Shown: positions 33,708 through 46,262, counted from the stretch's first letter. The stretch is 64,000 nt of DNA from Leidyana gryllorum EB-2025a (GCA_048772705.1 JBLWGC010000033.1:186001-250000), one strand, 5' to 3'. Numbers and translations are program-made. Notes: a model not told the origin generated them from the sequence alone.

Positions 33708-35225
33708 ATGAATGAAGATAACGCAAAGTTATTAGTAACTTTGGCTCAGGAGCTCGACTCCTTGCAACAACGCCTCGATGCGAGTACCTCACAAAGTGCC
33801 ACCGTCCGAGCAACTTCACTGGCGCCCCTGAAATCGCGACGATACTCTGTCGCCAGTGGAGCTACTGATGAGGACGCAGCCTCAGAGAGCTCGGAGATCG
33901 ACTTGTCTTTGCTGGAGGAGCCAGAGAATGTGCAGAATTTGCTGACAAAGATGATTGAAGCTGTTGAAGCGCATCTGGCATCACGAGTTCAGAAGCATAG
34001 GATGAGGATGGTCAGTGACGAGATGTATATGAAGCATCTATTATCTGAGAATGAGACATTGAGACAAACGAGTATGGATATCGGTCAGAGGGCGGCCACC
34101 TCTTCTGAGGAAGTTATGAGGTTACATCAAGAGTTGGAGGTCAAAACTAATCTGTTTCAGGAACTGGTTGGTGAATTCACAGTTCTCGAAGATCAAAAGC
34201 ACAATCTGGAAGCCACTTGTAAAGGGTTACGAATATTGGTGGAGGAGCAGAAAGGCCGTATTAGCGACCTCGAAGCCGAGCGCGACGCCGCTGCAGCTGG
34301 AACTCTGCAACTCCACACCGAGCAAGCCATAAGTAACCTTGAGAAGCAGCTTGAAAATGAGAGACGGATGTACCGTCAGCTTCAGACAGAGCTGAGAGAG
34401 AGAGACGAGGAACTGAACGATGTTCGGGAACAATTAAAAGAGAAATCCAGTCAAGTGGACGCCTTGGCTATCCACGTTGAACACCTTCGTCAGGAACTTC
34501 GCAAAACTCAGGACCTCCTGGAGAAGACCGAAGAGAAGGTTCGGGGACTCCAGGCCGATCAGGAGAAAACAAAGAAGGATATGGCCCACACTGTGGAAGA
34601 CTTGGCAGAGCTACAGAACCGCTACAACAAGATGGTTGAGCGATTCAAGAAAATGGGCGAACGGGGAGGCGATCCCATGGGTCCAGACCCTTTTGATGTC
34701 TTGAAGGCGAACTACGACGTTGTGGTTCAGCAGCGCGAAGATCTGCGCAACAGATTACACGTCGCCCTGGTGGAAGCCGCTAAATACGAGCAACTGTCAC
34801 AAACAGCTCTCGAGTCTGAAAAGAATCTGTCCGCTCAACGCGCAGGGTTAGAAAGTACCTTGAAGGAAACCAGAGCTAAGCTGGAAGGAATGATAAAAAA
34901 GCTAGAGGCAGAGCGTGATGAGCTGCAGTCGAAGCTGCGTACCAGTGTACAGAAGGAGAAAATGCTCATGCTCAAATGCTCTAAGCTCGAGAAAGACATT
35001 GCTCGAGGCTCAGATGGCACACTTGTGATGAAGATGAGGCAAGCCGAGAATGAAGCTAACCGCCTGAGAGTCGAAATCGGACATCTGCGTGCCAAACTGG
35101 CCGATAAACCCAAAGAGATCTTCATCTATGCCTCACCCTGCAGCAAACTACTTGACAGATGCAGATTGCCTGCCCGAAATCACGATTCCTCTTTGCCACC
35201 CTTTGCGCAACACTATCGACCGTGA
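33708..35225 (+). CDS. Long coiled-coil protein A (intronless)
   Basis: 505-aa E/K/L/Q-rich heptad protein. Confidence 0.85.
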   Translation: MNEDNAKLLVTLAQELDSLQQRLDASTSQSATVRATSLAPLKSRRYSVASGATDEDAASESSEIDLSLLEEPENVQNLLTKMIEAVEAHLASRVQKHRMRMVSDEMYMKHLLSENETLRQTSMDIGQRAATSSEEVMRLHQELEVKTNLFQELVGEFTVLEDQKHNLEATCKGLRILVEEQKGRISDLEAERDAAAAGTLQLHTEQAISNLEKQLENERRMYRQLQTELRERDEELNDVREQLKEKSSQVDALAIHVEHLRQELRKTQDLLEKTEEKVRGLQADQEKTKKDMAHTVEDLAELQNRYNKMVERFKKMGERGGDPMGPDPFDVLKANYDVVVQQREDLRNRLHVALVEAAKYEQLSQTALESEKNLSAQRAGLESTLKETRAKLEGMIKKLEAERDELQSKLRTSVQKEKMLMLKCSKLEKDIARGSDGTLVMKMRQAENEANRLRVEIGHLRAKLADKPKEIFIYASPCSKLLDRCRLPARNHDSSLPPFAQHYRP

Positions 35226-35280
35226 TAGATGATAGATATATATCTACTGCCTGCTCCCCTCTCCCGCAGATACACATACA

Positions 35281-36628
35281 TCAACACTTTTCCTTGGTGA
35301 ACTCGATACCAGCTTCTGCATTCAGTTTCATGACCAAAGCGCGTATGTCTCGCTCAACAGGACTGTCTCCGAAATCAAATATGTCTTTACCCTCAAATAA
35401 GGGCGGAAGATCTTCCGGATCGCAAAACTGGGCGAGAGCCTTCTTGTAAGAACCGCCTGTTCACACACAGGAGCAAATGCATCTGTTGGAAGGATGACTT
35501 ACGCAAGATATTTACTTTGTTGCTCGTTCGCGCATCAAGGAAGGGTGATATCATGTTCCATCCGGCTGATGCGTACCAAGGGGCATTGATTACAAAGATC
35601 TTGTTGGATCGTTCTGGGTAGTGCGCCTGAGAACACAAACATGACACACACGTGTCTCCGGCCGCCGGCATGCTTGACTTACCCCGACTAAGGCTGTGCA
35701 GCGTTTGAATAATTTAAGAGTGTCTCCGGCCAAATCCGTCAACTTGCATTTCTGCCACAGAGTTGCGAATGCAGAAATCAGCAGCAATCGGCCTGCGGCT
35801 TACCTCCACATCAAAAATTGAGATGATTTGACCGTCTTCCCTGGGATCAATCACTCGCCACAAATACTCGGTGACAAAAGTATAGTGCCGCTCCAAGTCT
35901 GTCATTGTCAAACCGGCTGCCAAGAGCTTATCCAACCGGCCGTGGCCAGGTCGTTCCATGTATATCCAGTTGCCAGTTCGAGAGCAGCGATGAACAGCGT
36001 GCGGGTAATACTTTTTGATCAGTTGATAGTGGGGTTGCGGCTCAGCCAGGATGTTGTCCACCTTTGAAATCAAGATTTCTTGCTGTTGGTCGGGCAGGGG
36101 CGGCATTCTCACCTTGCAGTCAGTCCTCCATTTCTTGGTGACTTGCCATCTTCGTCTGGCTTCCGTCATGTTACGTTGGCATCCCACAACGAATCTATAT
36201 ATCCAGAGAGAGAGATTGTTGGTCGACATCTGAGCTTCGACCTACGCTTTGGGTATCTCATCGTCGGCATCATCGGCATCCGCTCCAACACCCCAGATGT
36301 AGTGGATGGGTTTGATGACACCGGGATAGTCCGCAGGTCTGTTTTTCCCCAGAAGATCCGTTCCAGCCGGTTTTTACGATTTCACTTACAGAAGTCGATC
36401 CTTCTCACGTTGAGCTAAGATATCAGCAGTGGTGGGGCCCGATTGGGTAGTATCAGATGAAGCATTGACAGTGGCAGCGCTTTCGCATTCGGGAGTGGTC
36501 GTAGCAGCAGCCGTATTGGCAGTGGGGGCGTCCTGAGGAGCGGGACAGGTCTGTTGTTGTTGAGTGGCCTCCTTTTCGGTAGGGCCAAGGTCCACGGTCT
36601 GACAACTTGACTCAGGGGCGACGGTCAT
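35281..36628 (-). CDS. CRAL-TRIO/SEC14 lipid-binding protein, multi-exon
   Basis: RFVVGC, KWR, YYPHAVH, IYMERPG, QAHYPERSNKIFVINAPWY, FLDARTSNKVNIL; spliced stop at 35281. Confidence 0.88.
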
Positions 36629-36669
36629 GAAGTTTTTTTATTCACATTTTGATGCATTGAAGGCTGGTA

Positions 36670-37867
36670 CTAGTTGTTGTCAGTCTGACGGGTTGGGGCG
36701 GCTTCCGAAACGCTGTTGTCCTCGTCAGAGTCGACGTCTTCGATCTCTTCGTCGGAGCCCTCATCGGCCTCGCTGTTGTCCTCAGAGCTGGATCCAGCGT
36801 CGTCGTCCTCGTCTTCCTCATCCTCATCGATTTCGATCCCCAGATACCAGCCGAGAGCGTGCGTGATGATCTTGTCCCTAATAATGGTTCCCATTTCGTA
36901 CTCAACTTCCAATGTGTTCTCCAAATCCGCCACATCACTCTCTCTCATGGCTTCCAGTTTCTCGTCATCGGGGATCTCATGACTATCGAAGAAGTGGAAG
37001 AAACTTCTATTGTTGACACTCTCGCGAACAGTCCGCACTTCCCCAGTCCCTGATGAGTGAGACAGATAGACCTCTGGTGACTCTCAGCAAAGATACTTAC
37101 GTCTGTTGCGCTGCTTCCGGTTCACAGTCCGCTTAGTTACGTTCTTTCCGGGCTTCCACTGGATATCAGTGCCAACAGAACGGCACAGAACTGATCCCTG
37201 GGTCTCGGGGTCCACTTCCAAAACAAACTCCTTCGTCAGCAATGTGTTGCTAAAATACGGATTCTCCGCGAAGGTCATTACGATCTTGAAAGACTGCAAA
37301 GAGACACCGATTATCGGAAACTCCACAAGGCGGTGATGAAACAGCCGGAGACCCCCTCACTCACTCACACACACACATATCCTCACACACACACACACAC
37401 CGGAACACGATGGCATTACGACAGCGGCAGCGACTTACGGTCTGCTCATCGAGGTTGGTCCATTCATAGTCAATGTTCTCGAGGAATCGGAGGATAGGTA
37501 CGTCATATTCCTCAATAGTTTGCGCTACGGTTGAGTGTTGTCTCAAGGCGGTGAGCCAAAATTCAGGGAGAGCGGTAACGCCTTGAGGAGATGGACCAGC
37601 GTCAGTGGCGGGTCTGGATTCCTTATCAGCCAGCAGAACGTCCTTGCGGGATTGATGGATTGGCTTGAACTTCTCAACATACTTTTTCTTCAAAGCGAGC
37701 CATTCCTCCCAGTACTCTTTTTCCAGGCCCAATGCCTCAATGTGGAGCTCCTTCAACTGCTTCAGCACCTCCTTCTGATTGGGAGTCAGGGGTCTGGACA
37801 GCTCCAGATCCTTCTGTCCACGCTCGAGGCGCTCGCGCAGATGATTGACCCATGTGACCTCAGCCAT
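36670..37867 (-). CDS. NAP1: Nucleosome assembly protein (NAP1 family), 3 exons
   Basis: LPEFWLTAL, FAENPYFSNTLLTKEF, IQWKPGKNVT, SFFHFF, acidic tail. Confidence 0.93.
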
Positions 37868-37868
37868 C

Positions 37869-39846
37869 TTACGGTTCAGCGAAACTTTTTTGGACTTCTC
37901 TGACTACCAGACCCACCCCCAGCGTGCTGTTGCACTTCCTGCACTGGTGCACGTCCGCCAAAACACCAACACTCTGGCCCATACATTGCTCCTCCTGCAT
38001 CCCCACACATTTTTTGAACCACTGGTACCCTTTGGCCACAAAGATAGCTTCCAAAACGCCCACGGCTTCCAGCCTTTCTCTGTCAGACTGGCGAAACTCT
38101 TCAGACGAGGCCTCCCAGGTACTGTAGCCCTTCCAGAACGGCAGCAGGCTGCAGGTCGCACACGCGTCACTTGAAGAAGGAAAAGTAATCTGTCAAAATA
38201 CCTCATCACTCACTGTGTGTTGCTTCCAATGTAGGCCACCACCCACCCCCAGCAGGTGTCCGCTTCCTGAGACAAATTCAGTCGCAGGACGACTTGGACT
38301 AAATGCTTACCTGATCCATTAGGGGCCACAATAGGACCACAGGCCACAATGTGTTGGTCCACATGACACATCCCGGCCAGGTTTTAGCTTTGCCAAAGAT
38401 GTCAGTAATCAGCTCGGCGGCCGAGCTGTCCAAGTAAGAATCCAGTTCCACTTTGCAGAGATGACACAGTACGGCGCCTTTGCCGCGTCCCTTTGGTGAC
38501 GAGGCATTGGTGGGGTCCTCGTCTTGCCTACACACTTGGGAGCACCGCCCGCAGACCACCTGCTGTAAATAGGCCCTAACAGCACTGTTTGTTTTCTTCC
38601 GCTCACTGCGGTTCTCGGAGGCATCCAACACGTCGACCAACACGCGCGCTGTGAAGTGATGAATTCCCCATAGCAGTGGGAGACGATCACTCACAGCAGC
38701 CCACGAGTTGCCCAGTCGGGACACAAATTCCGACACCTGACGCCTTCGCTCTTTAGCCTCCAATCTCCTGCCAGAGCCGCTCGGCTTTTGTTGATTCCGA
38801 GATCGGGCCGTCGAAGGCCGAGACCGACTGGGGAGCGGCTGAGTGGCGGACGACGGAGGGGAGCGATGTATCGTTTGCTGCTGGGAGTGTTGTTGTTGAT
38901 GGGGTACCGGTGCCGGTGCCGGAGCCGATGGTGGGGGTTTGGGTTTAGGTGCGGTTTTGTCAACTTGACAGAACTGGCAGGGAAGGGAGGCCTGGATCGC
39001 TTGGTCTATCATTGGCTCTCGTCTGCTCGGCTGGTTGAAGGAGAGTGTCTGGGCGGTGCTGAGGGAGTCCAGTTTGTAGGTCAACTGGGCAACGGCAGCC
39101 ACGAGAGCCCCGAATTCGTCCTTCGACACTCCCAAATCAGTGGCTGTTGCAACAGTGGTCAGCATACTGCCTGACTCTTGGGACGCGTGAACATTGTTGG
39201 ATGTGGCGAGACCCGTACTGTTGAGAGTGGTCTGAGACGGAATGGGTTGAGAAGACGAGATTGACATTGGCGGCGGTTGGTGTGTTTGGAGGAGAGAAAC
39301 GGCTGTGGGAAGGACTGAAGGCGAAGGCGTAGTGCCATAGGTTGACAGCCTCTCATCATTCATCGATCCCTCCGGCAGGCCTGTCGACCTGAGATTGGCC
39401 GTGGTGCCGTTAGCGCTGGTTGCGGCCGCAGCCATCTTAGCGATACGGGCGAGTGATGAGGAGGGCATCCGTTGAGTGGCTGTGTAGCGATGTGGGAGGG
39501 GTCTGGTCTTGATGGGGGACTCCGGGGGAGTGGCCAACATGTTGAGGGGGGTAACCTTGCGAGGCAGTACAGAATCTGGCGACATGTTGGAACTTGTGAT
39601 CCGTCTATGGTTGAGAGGGGGCGGCATTATGGGTGAGGATTTGTCATCAGCGTCGTCCTCATCATCGATTGGATGAGCTAAACGTTTGAGATTGGTGGTG
39701 GCTGGAGTTGAGGGAGTGTGTACTGGCGGCGGCGGCGCTGGTTCCTCAGAATCGAGCCACTGGATTATCTGACGGCGCGATACTGAGGCTGCTATCTGAT
39801 GCGTGATGGCTTCAGTCTCATCATGTGGAATGGATCGGGCATACAA
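37869..39846 (-). CDS. Low-complexity protein with a Cys cluster and a C-terminal PWWP-like domain, 3 exons
   Basis: Splicing at about 38267-38310 and 38171-38214 joins the ORFs to TAA at 37869. CGRC..CHLC, then IFGKAKTWPG...WP...VVAYIGSNTHDACATCSLLPF (PWWP-like pattern). Confidence 0.65.
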
Positions 39847-40589
39847 TAGACGCAGAGAGTCATAAAGCTCGGGTTGTTGGTCCTGTGGGAGGTGTCAAAA
39901 CAGTTCTGCTAAGGGAAGTTTCTACCTTTAAAAATTCGACTAATGTCACTTCAGACACCTCATTCTGGACATCGTCGAGTTGTTCGTTGCTGAGATCTTG
40001 TTTAGTCGTTAAGTGATGTTGAGATGAGGTGGCTACACATTTTCTTTGGTGACTGACCACGTCTGCTAAGCGTCTTTGTGGAATTTATTTGAGTTCTTCG
40101 CGCTGAGCTATAGGACTCACCGGTACAGCCGTTTGGATGTGCATCTATTGCAAGAGAAGTACACGTTGCCTAATAACGTTTAGGTGTGGTGGTGTGCAAA
40201 TGTTTGCGCTTACCCTTTTGCGGGTCAACAACGGGTCTGTATGATGTTGTGCCATCCAGTTTGTCTTTGAGTATGCGCATATGTGGTTTGAGAAAGACTG
40301 CTGGTGAGGCCGGCTGTTTATTAGGTTTGGAGCGCTAACCCACATATGGTATACAACGACCCAAAAAGCTAAGAAGATTACCTTGGAGAGCGGCTGAGGG
40401 CTAACACTGACGACTGGCGGCGAAAGGAAGTACTGTTGTGACCCATAGGGTGTTGAGGGCTGTTGGGAGAAGCATTGGCTCCCCATTGGAGGCGGAATCA
40501 TCTCGGAGCCCGGATGTTGTGGCCAAAACATTTGTACGAGGAAGCAAAACGCAAACACTACCACTCTTTCTTTCGATGGTCATCTCCCT

Positions 40590-42124
40590 ATGTTGAGGGC
40601 TCCAACGGACGCTGCCTTGATGGTTCTGAAGCCAGACGACAATTTTACGCCGTTTGAGTATTCAGCCGAGGCGTTTGCACCTTCGGATTACCGAACATCT
40701 GCCACTCCGGCATCTTTGTCGAGTTATGGTTCGGATTTCGGTTCCCAAGGTTCATTCCCCGCCGCTGCGTCGCAACCGTTCTCACAGTGCGCGACGTCAG
40801 AAGGCGACTCGGTGTCCTCGTCCCCGTCTTCGTACTCATCTGCTCCAAGTTTCATGCGGGCCGAGAGCCTCTTAAAAAACGAGCAAGTGTGGAAGACTGG
40901 AAGTGTGTATGGAGTAGGCGGAGGAGGTTTTCAGGGGAGCGGCGACAGCACAACTCGGATTTTGAGTCGTAATGCTGCTGCTGCGTTGAGGGGTGGAGGG
41001 AATAGCATTTCAGCGCTCCAAATGTATTGGGAGCATGAGCAAATTGCCGTGAGACATGCTACAGCCATCATCAACGCGAGCGCGGGGGGGAAGGCAAGCG
41101 ATGTATCACTACCGCCGGGTTACACCGAGAAGTTGGAATACGCCCGGAGAGTGCTGTCGAGTACCAATGAGCCTTTCACCTTTAAGAGTAACATATACCA
41201 GACACGCTTAAAGCAATTATTGCCATTGCCGTCTAACAATCGGCGAATGGCGATAGAGAGAATCTCACGTATGCCTGATATCCCGCTCAATCAAAGAGAG
41301 ATTGGATTGGTGAGATCCATTCGGAATTACACAATGGCCGCTGGAAATCACCATATGACACCGTCCGGAAGTGCAAAGGTGAAGGAGTGGCTGACTCAAC
41401 TCCTCGTGTCGTTGGTGAATAAGGTGAGCCCTTCGAGTTGCCTCAGCGGCCGCGGCCCTCCCAAATCTTTCTCTCTTTCCCCTGTCCGCAGATCCTTTTT
41501 CTTCTTCTGATACAGTACGAGAGTTGGTGCGTTCGGGCCCCAGCTCGTGAGCAAATTCGAGACTTCCTGATGTTGTATATTTGGCGAGAGCATGCCGATC
41601 TCCAAGAGAGGTACCGCACATTCATCGGAGAGATGATTGAGCCACGGATTCGTCATTTCCGCGATTCCATCGCTCGATACTTCCGAGTTCAAAGTGGGCC
41701 CGCCAAACCCCGGACGCCCAAAATGAGCAGCGGCGAGGAAAGGAGCATTGGCGGCACCAAACCCCGCACCCCCAAAGCCACCAAAGCTGAAGAAGGCCGA
41801 ACGTCCCCCACAAAGCCCCGCAGCACCACAGCAAACAGCGGTGACGAAGGCAATGTTGTTCCCAGGGCCCAGAAGGGCGACGACGATCATCACAACATGA
41901 GCAACAATATGAGCACCAACGAGAATACCCACACCAACAACAACAACAACTTGAATACCATTCAGACGACACAAGAGCGAGCGAATCCCATCAGGGTAGT
42001 GGATGTGGATGCCCGAGCTGCTTGTGAAACGTTATCATATCCTACTTCTCAAGAGTGGAGTCGAGATCCACTGCAAGCTGAAGATTTATTCGCTGGTCAG
42101 GACCACCAACACCTTTTCTTCTGA
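40590..42124 (+). CDS. Hypothetical protein, 2 exons
   Basis: ORFs 40590-41510 and 41438-42124 joined by GT-AG intron 41424-41514; repeated KPRTPK motifs. Confidence 0.7.
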
Positions 42125-42136
42125 GAGTGCACCCCC

Positions 42137-42748
42137 ATGCAGTATAAGGACGCCAAGCTTTGGTTTGCTATTTCCCTCACCGTTCAGCTTGGGCTGACTC
42201 TGGCGCGCTCTCTGTGGCGGTTTGACGCCGTCCATGTGGTCTCTTACATCCCATGTGCGATTGGATTCTACGCAGTTAGAGGCAGAAATCCATTTCGAAT
42301 GATTCTTTACCTCTGTGTTAGCTGCATTCACCTCGCAGAATTAGGGAGAGCAATATTAGAGTGTGAAACCAACGCCAAGAAACTCGCAAACACACTCTCC
42401 GCCGCAGAAGCCATCGCCCGCGGACACTCGCCGTTGGCCCTGGCTGGAGCTGAACCACTCCCCGCCAGCACAGCGTCCGTTACTGTTCGCGACATTCGCA
42501 TCGATGCCCTCCTCGCTTGCCTTACTCTGTTCCTCGGAGTCATTCCGAGCATTCTGACCGGAATCGAGCTGCAAGCGCAGTACTTTGAAATCTTCGAAAA
42601 CGATCTCGCTTGCGCGACCAATCCACCGGAAGCCGAGATTGTTCCCGATCACGAGAACGTTGCAGTCACTGCTGATGCCTTCCCTCTCTACTCAGGGGCC
42701 GCTACCATGACTGTGCATGTCGATCCCAACACAACCACCAGAAATTGA
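42137..42748 (+). CDS. Hypothetical multi-pass membrane protein
   Basis: 203 aa with about 4 hydrophobic segments. Confidence 0.7.
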   Translation: MQYKDAKLWFAISLTVQLGLTLARSLWRFDAVHVVSYIPCAIGFYAVRGRNPFRMILYLCVSCIHLAELGRAILECETNAKKLANTLSAAEAIARGHSPLALAGAEPLPASTASVTVRDIRIDALLACLTLFLGVIPSILTGIELQAQYFEIFENDLACATNPPEAEIVPDHENVAVTADAFPLYSGAATMTVHVDPNTTTRN

Positions 42749-42788
42749 GTCAGAAGTGTATTACATAGTTTACGTGCAGTTCTATATC

Positions 42789-43520
42789 ATGTCAAGTCAA
42801 GTTCAGATGAGAGGCTCCCCTCGCAACTATACCCCCGTTGCAATTCAACCCAAGGGACTCACAATCGATAATGAAGGCGGCCGCAAGACGCGAGCCACTT
42901 ACAACATGGCCACAGGCTCTGCTTATAACAGCTACTATAACAGGCTCCGAGCTCAAGGAGGATGGTTCGGCGGCTCCAAAAGCGAGGACCAATTCAACCC
43001 AACTGTCGTTCAGACAGTAGAGGAGTTCGACGATATGTTGCGAGATATCGCAACCCGTTGCCCCATCACTCTCCGCACTGTCCACCTCCCGGAGGGAGTC
43101 ACCATGAACGACCCTCGGCTCCGAGGCAAACCGTTCCCCGTCAAGAGCGTCAAGACCGAGGTGCTTCCCATCGGACAGATGCCCGAGTACCCTATCGCTC
43201 CTTTCATTTCAGACATACCCGCCGAGCTCATCAGTCCTGACTGGGCTCCTAAGCACTCCCACAACGAAACTCGCTTCCAAGTTATCCCGGAAGGTCTTCT
43301 CGGCAACGCTGTGGCCAACGGAGAAGCAGCTCTCAAGCGTGGCAAGAAGGACGCCCTCCCCGAACCGCTTTCCGAGAAGATCCTCTCCCCACGCGAGATC
43401 CCCGGACACGCTAAGCCCCATCGGAGAATATCCGACGCGGTCGAGTCCGAGGAGAAGGCTCTCGCGCGCCGTCACGCTATTCAGGTGACCAACAAGAGCC
43501 GTCTCGCTCCTCCTCCTTGA
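42789..43520 (+). CDS. Hypothetical Pro-rich protein (codon usage suggests high expression)
   Basis: ATG 42789 (MSSQVQMRGSPRN); C-ending codon bias similar to RPS3 and RPS20. Confidence 0.75.
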   Translation: MSSQVQMRGSPRNYTPVAIQPKGLTIDNEGGRKTRATYNMATGSAYNSYYNRLRAQGGWFGGSKSEDQFNPTVVQTVEEFDDMLRDIATRCPITLRTVHLPEGVTMNDPRLRGKPFPVKSVKTEVLPIGQMPEYPIAPFISDIPAELISPDWAPKHSHNETRFQVIPEGLLGNAVANGEAALKRGKKDALPEPLSEKILSPREIPGHAKPHRRISDAVESEEKALARRHAIQVTNKSRLAPPP

Positions 43521-43829
43521 GAATCTCAGGAGATTCCAAACTTGCATTGCTTGGCAAAATGGCCACTCTGAACCATTAATTATCACAATATAAATGTATT
43601 CAACACCCTCTCACCTGCTGGCAAATGTAACAAACCTTCTCCTCACTACCAACGTAATCTTCGCAGCAACTCGCCGTGATGTCATTATCTCACCTGCGCG
43701 TTTGCGACGTCGTAGCAATGGACTTATGGTACCGAGTACTCCGCTGCAGCCGATACCTCTCAAAAGCCTGATCCTGCAGCACCAACAACAAAGTAACCCC
43801 ACCCACACTACCCCCAGCGACTCACGTCA

Positions 43830-44560
43830 TTATTCGTTCCTGCCGGCAGGAAACCCATATTCTGTAACATGCAACTCGTTGGTCGCGCCCCCAAACCCAG
43901 AAACTGGTTAGCATTGCTGTTACCACCCATCCTGAGACGTAGCAATAGATTCAGTCATTTTCTCGCAATATGCGACGTGCGCCTCGACTTACGACGGAGG
44001 GGGTGATCGAGATCGCAATGGGGCCTGCACTGGCGGCTCATCCAAGACGCTCGCTGGACCATCAGCCTCTTCCATGTCCGAACAGTCAGAGTCCCAAGCG
44101 TTGGACACGGTCGTCTGTCGTCTCCTTTTGTTACTGCTGCACAATACGCTTCGCAGCCAAGTCGACACACAATCTGCGCTCACCCCATAGTCACCGCGGG
44201 TGCCACCATCAACTCTGATTGCTCCTCGTTTTCCAGACATTCTTTCAACTTCTCCAGCACCCCCAACATGTCCATCACACGATTCTCCATCTGCGGCCGG
44301 TGCCTCAACGGCAGGGGGAGGGTCGCCGGGACATCGTTCGCTTCCAACTGGACATACGGCATCACGGAACCGCCCCGCGGAGAGTCGCTCTCCTGGGCGG
44401 TTATTTTTAACTCTCGGCGCTTTTGCCCCAACAACGTCGCTACGTAACCAGCAGGCAACGCGTCATAGTCAGTGCCTACGTGAGCAGCCACGTCGTAACC
44501 CCCATTCCCTGGACGTTTGCCGAAAAGCGAGCAGTCTTCCTCGATATTCCCATATTGCAT
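43830..44560 (-). CDS. Hypothetical protein, probably 3 exons
   Basis: ATG 44560 preceded by T7; GTGAG and GTAAG introns join ORFs 44180-44566 and 43989-44240 to a final exon ending TAA at 43830. Confidence 0.6.
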
Positions 44561-44578
44561 GATCAAAAAAAGCCATCA

Positions 44579-45786
44579 TTACAGTTCAACTTTGACACCT
44601 GCCACGAAGCCCGGCTGGGGCACCACACCAAAAGCACCACTTTCACATGTCCACCCATATGGGCCTTCATCTGTCTCTGGAGAGAGCGCCACTGTGACAA
44701 ACAATTATCCTTTTCCATTCACACCTCGTATCTACTCACGCGGAGCGAAAGTGAAAGCGTGACACTTCGATTCGTCAGAACACAATTGTATGACTTCGGG
44801 CCACGTCACGCCCAGATAACGATGCTGAGATTGCGAATCCGCACAAACGAGCATATGGTTGGGGAGCACTGCAAATCCTGGCACCCTCACTGCTTGTTCG
44901 GAAGATAGTGAGAATGTGGTCAAATGGTCACTCACGAGCCGCTGGGGGTACTGAGACAACGGTGGATTCTTCCGGGATCATATCCCACCATTCAAAGTCG
45001 TTGCATCTTAGTGTCAATTCTCCTTGCTGAATCTGGTGAAGGCCTGGTGCCGTATCATTCACCATTTGCTGACAGATCCTCGTTGCCCCTAATTTCATCG
45101 GATTAATGGTCTCGGAATGTATCGTCGGTGCGCTACTCACCGTCAATCCGAAGATGCTCGTCCAAAGTTGTATCCCGATATTGTTTGGTGACGCGGTCAT
45201 ATATGGGCATCGAATACCGCCCTTCATTCACGTCCCGACAGTTAACCCCAAGCGCTAACTGCGGGAGAATATCGCTGAAGCCACATCGCCTTGCACTCAC
45301 AGCACACTTCTTGACTAAGTTCGGTATAGTACACGATTGGCGCTCGAGGCACACACGAGATGCTAGATTCAAATCTCTCGAACAATCCTTCTGCAACTTG
45401 AGGTCGTCCAACGTTACACTCCAAATCTATCAGATGGACATCTTGCACGGGAACCGCACCCGGTCATACCTCTTTACTCGTGTCCGCACACCGCCATGTA
45501 ACCTCCCCACTCTTGGGGTCTATCTCCGGTAGCACACGGCCTACGCTGGTGCCTCCAGCGCCTGAGCCACTGCTCCATCCAACACCACCAGTGTCATACT
45601 GTGCAGCAGAGTCACACCCGAAGATGGTTCAACTCACAAAATCACTATAGTCATCTGTCCGTCTGAAGTGACGTCTGACTGCTTGCATACATGTCAAATC
45701 ACTCACAGGAAGCCATACTGGACGTCCGGTTCCGGAACCACCGCCAGACAACTGCAGAGTACGGAGGTCCAGGCTCGTCCTATCAT
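44579..45786 (-). CDS. Secreted Cys-rich protein with a C-terminal PAN/Apple-like domain, 7 exons
   Basis: Manual splicing of six GT-AG introns gives MIGRAWTSVLCSCLAVV... and LCSDESKCHAFTF...GWTCESG...GFVAGVK. Confidence 0.68.
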
Positions 45787-45798
45787 TCTACGACGCTT

Positions 45799-45812
45799 CG
45801 CACACGTGTGCG
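45799..45812. promoter_or_regulatory. 14-bp palindrome CGCACACGTGTGCG in a 35-nt bidirectional gap
   Basis: The core CACACGTGTG also occurs at 8551, 13470 and 53182, all intergenic and upstream of genes. Confidence 0.6.
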
Positions 45813-45821
45813 GTCCCTATT

Positions 45822-46160
45822 ATGCGGTTGACCTCTATTCTGCTAATTGCCCAAGGCGTCCTTCTGGTTCACGGACAATTCGGTTTACGGCGACATGCAC
45901 AAGGCTACGATGGGTACACCCCAAGTTTGATGAAATTGGCCGAAGGTATGCTCAAAGATTATATCAAGGCCGCCCAATCACCAACTACAACGACCACTGT
46001 GAGTTCGAAGATCATAATGACTGGTGGAAGTTTCTTATCATCAAGACCTGGCGACGGTGGACTCGTGAGTGGTCAAGCGCAGACCGAGTCCAATCAAGAT
46101 GGTTGGTCGATCAGTGGATGGTTTGCTCGAGCCAAGAAGTTTGTGTTGAGCTTTGTGTAG
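45822..46160 (+). CDS. Small secreted protein (112 aa)
   Basis: Signal peptide MRLTSILLIAQGVLLVHG; short Thr run. Confidence 0.65.
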   Translation: MRLTSILLIAQGVLLVHGQFGLRRHAQGYDGYTPSLMKLAEGMLKDYIKAAQSPTTTTTVSSKIIMTGGSFLSSRPGDGGLVSGQAQTESNQDGWSISGWFARAKKFVLSFV

Positions 46161-46262
46161 CGTTGACGCCGGCTGCCAGGCCGCATCCATGTTTGTATCT
46201 TGAGGTGTTTGTTTCTTGCAGTAGGAAACCATTGTACTCAATAGTTTGGTCTGTTGTATCGC

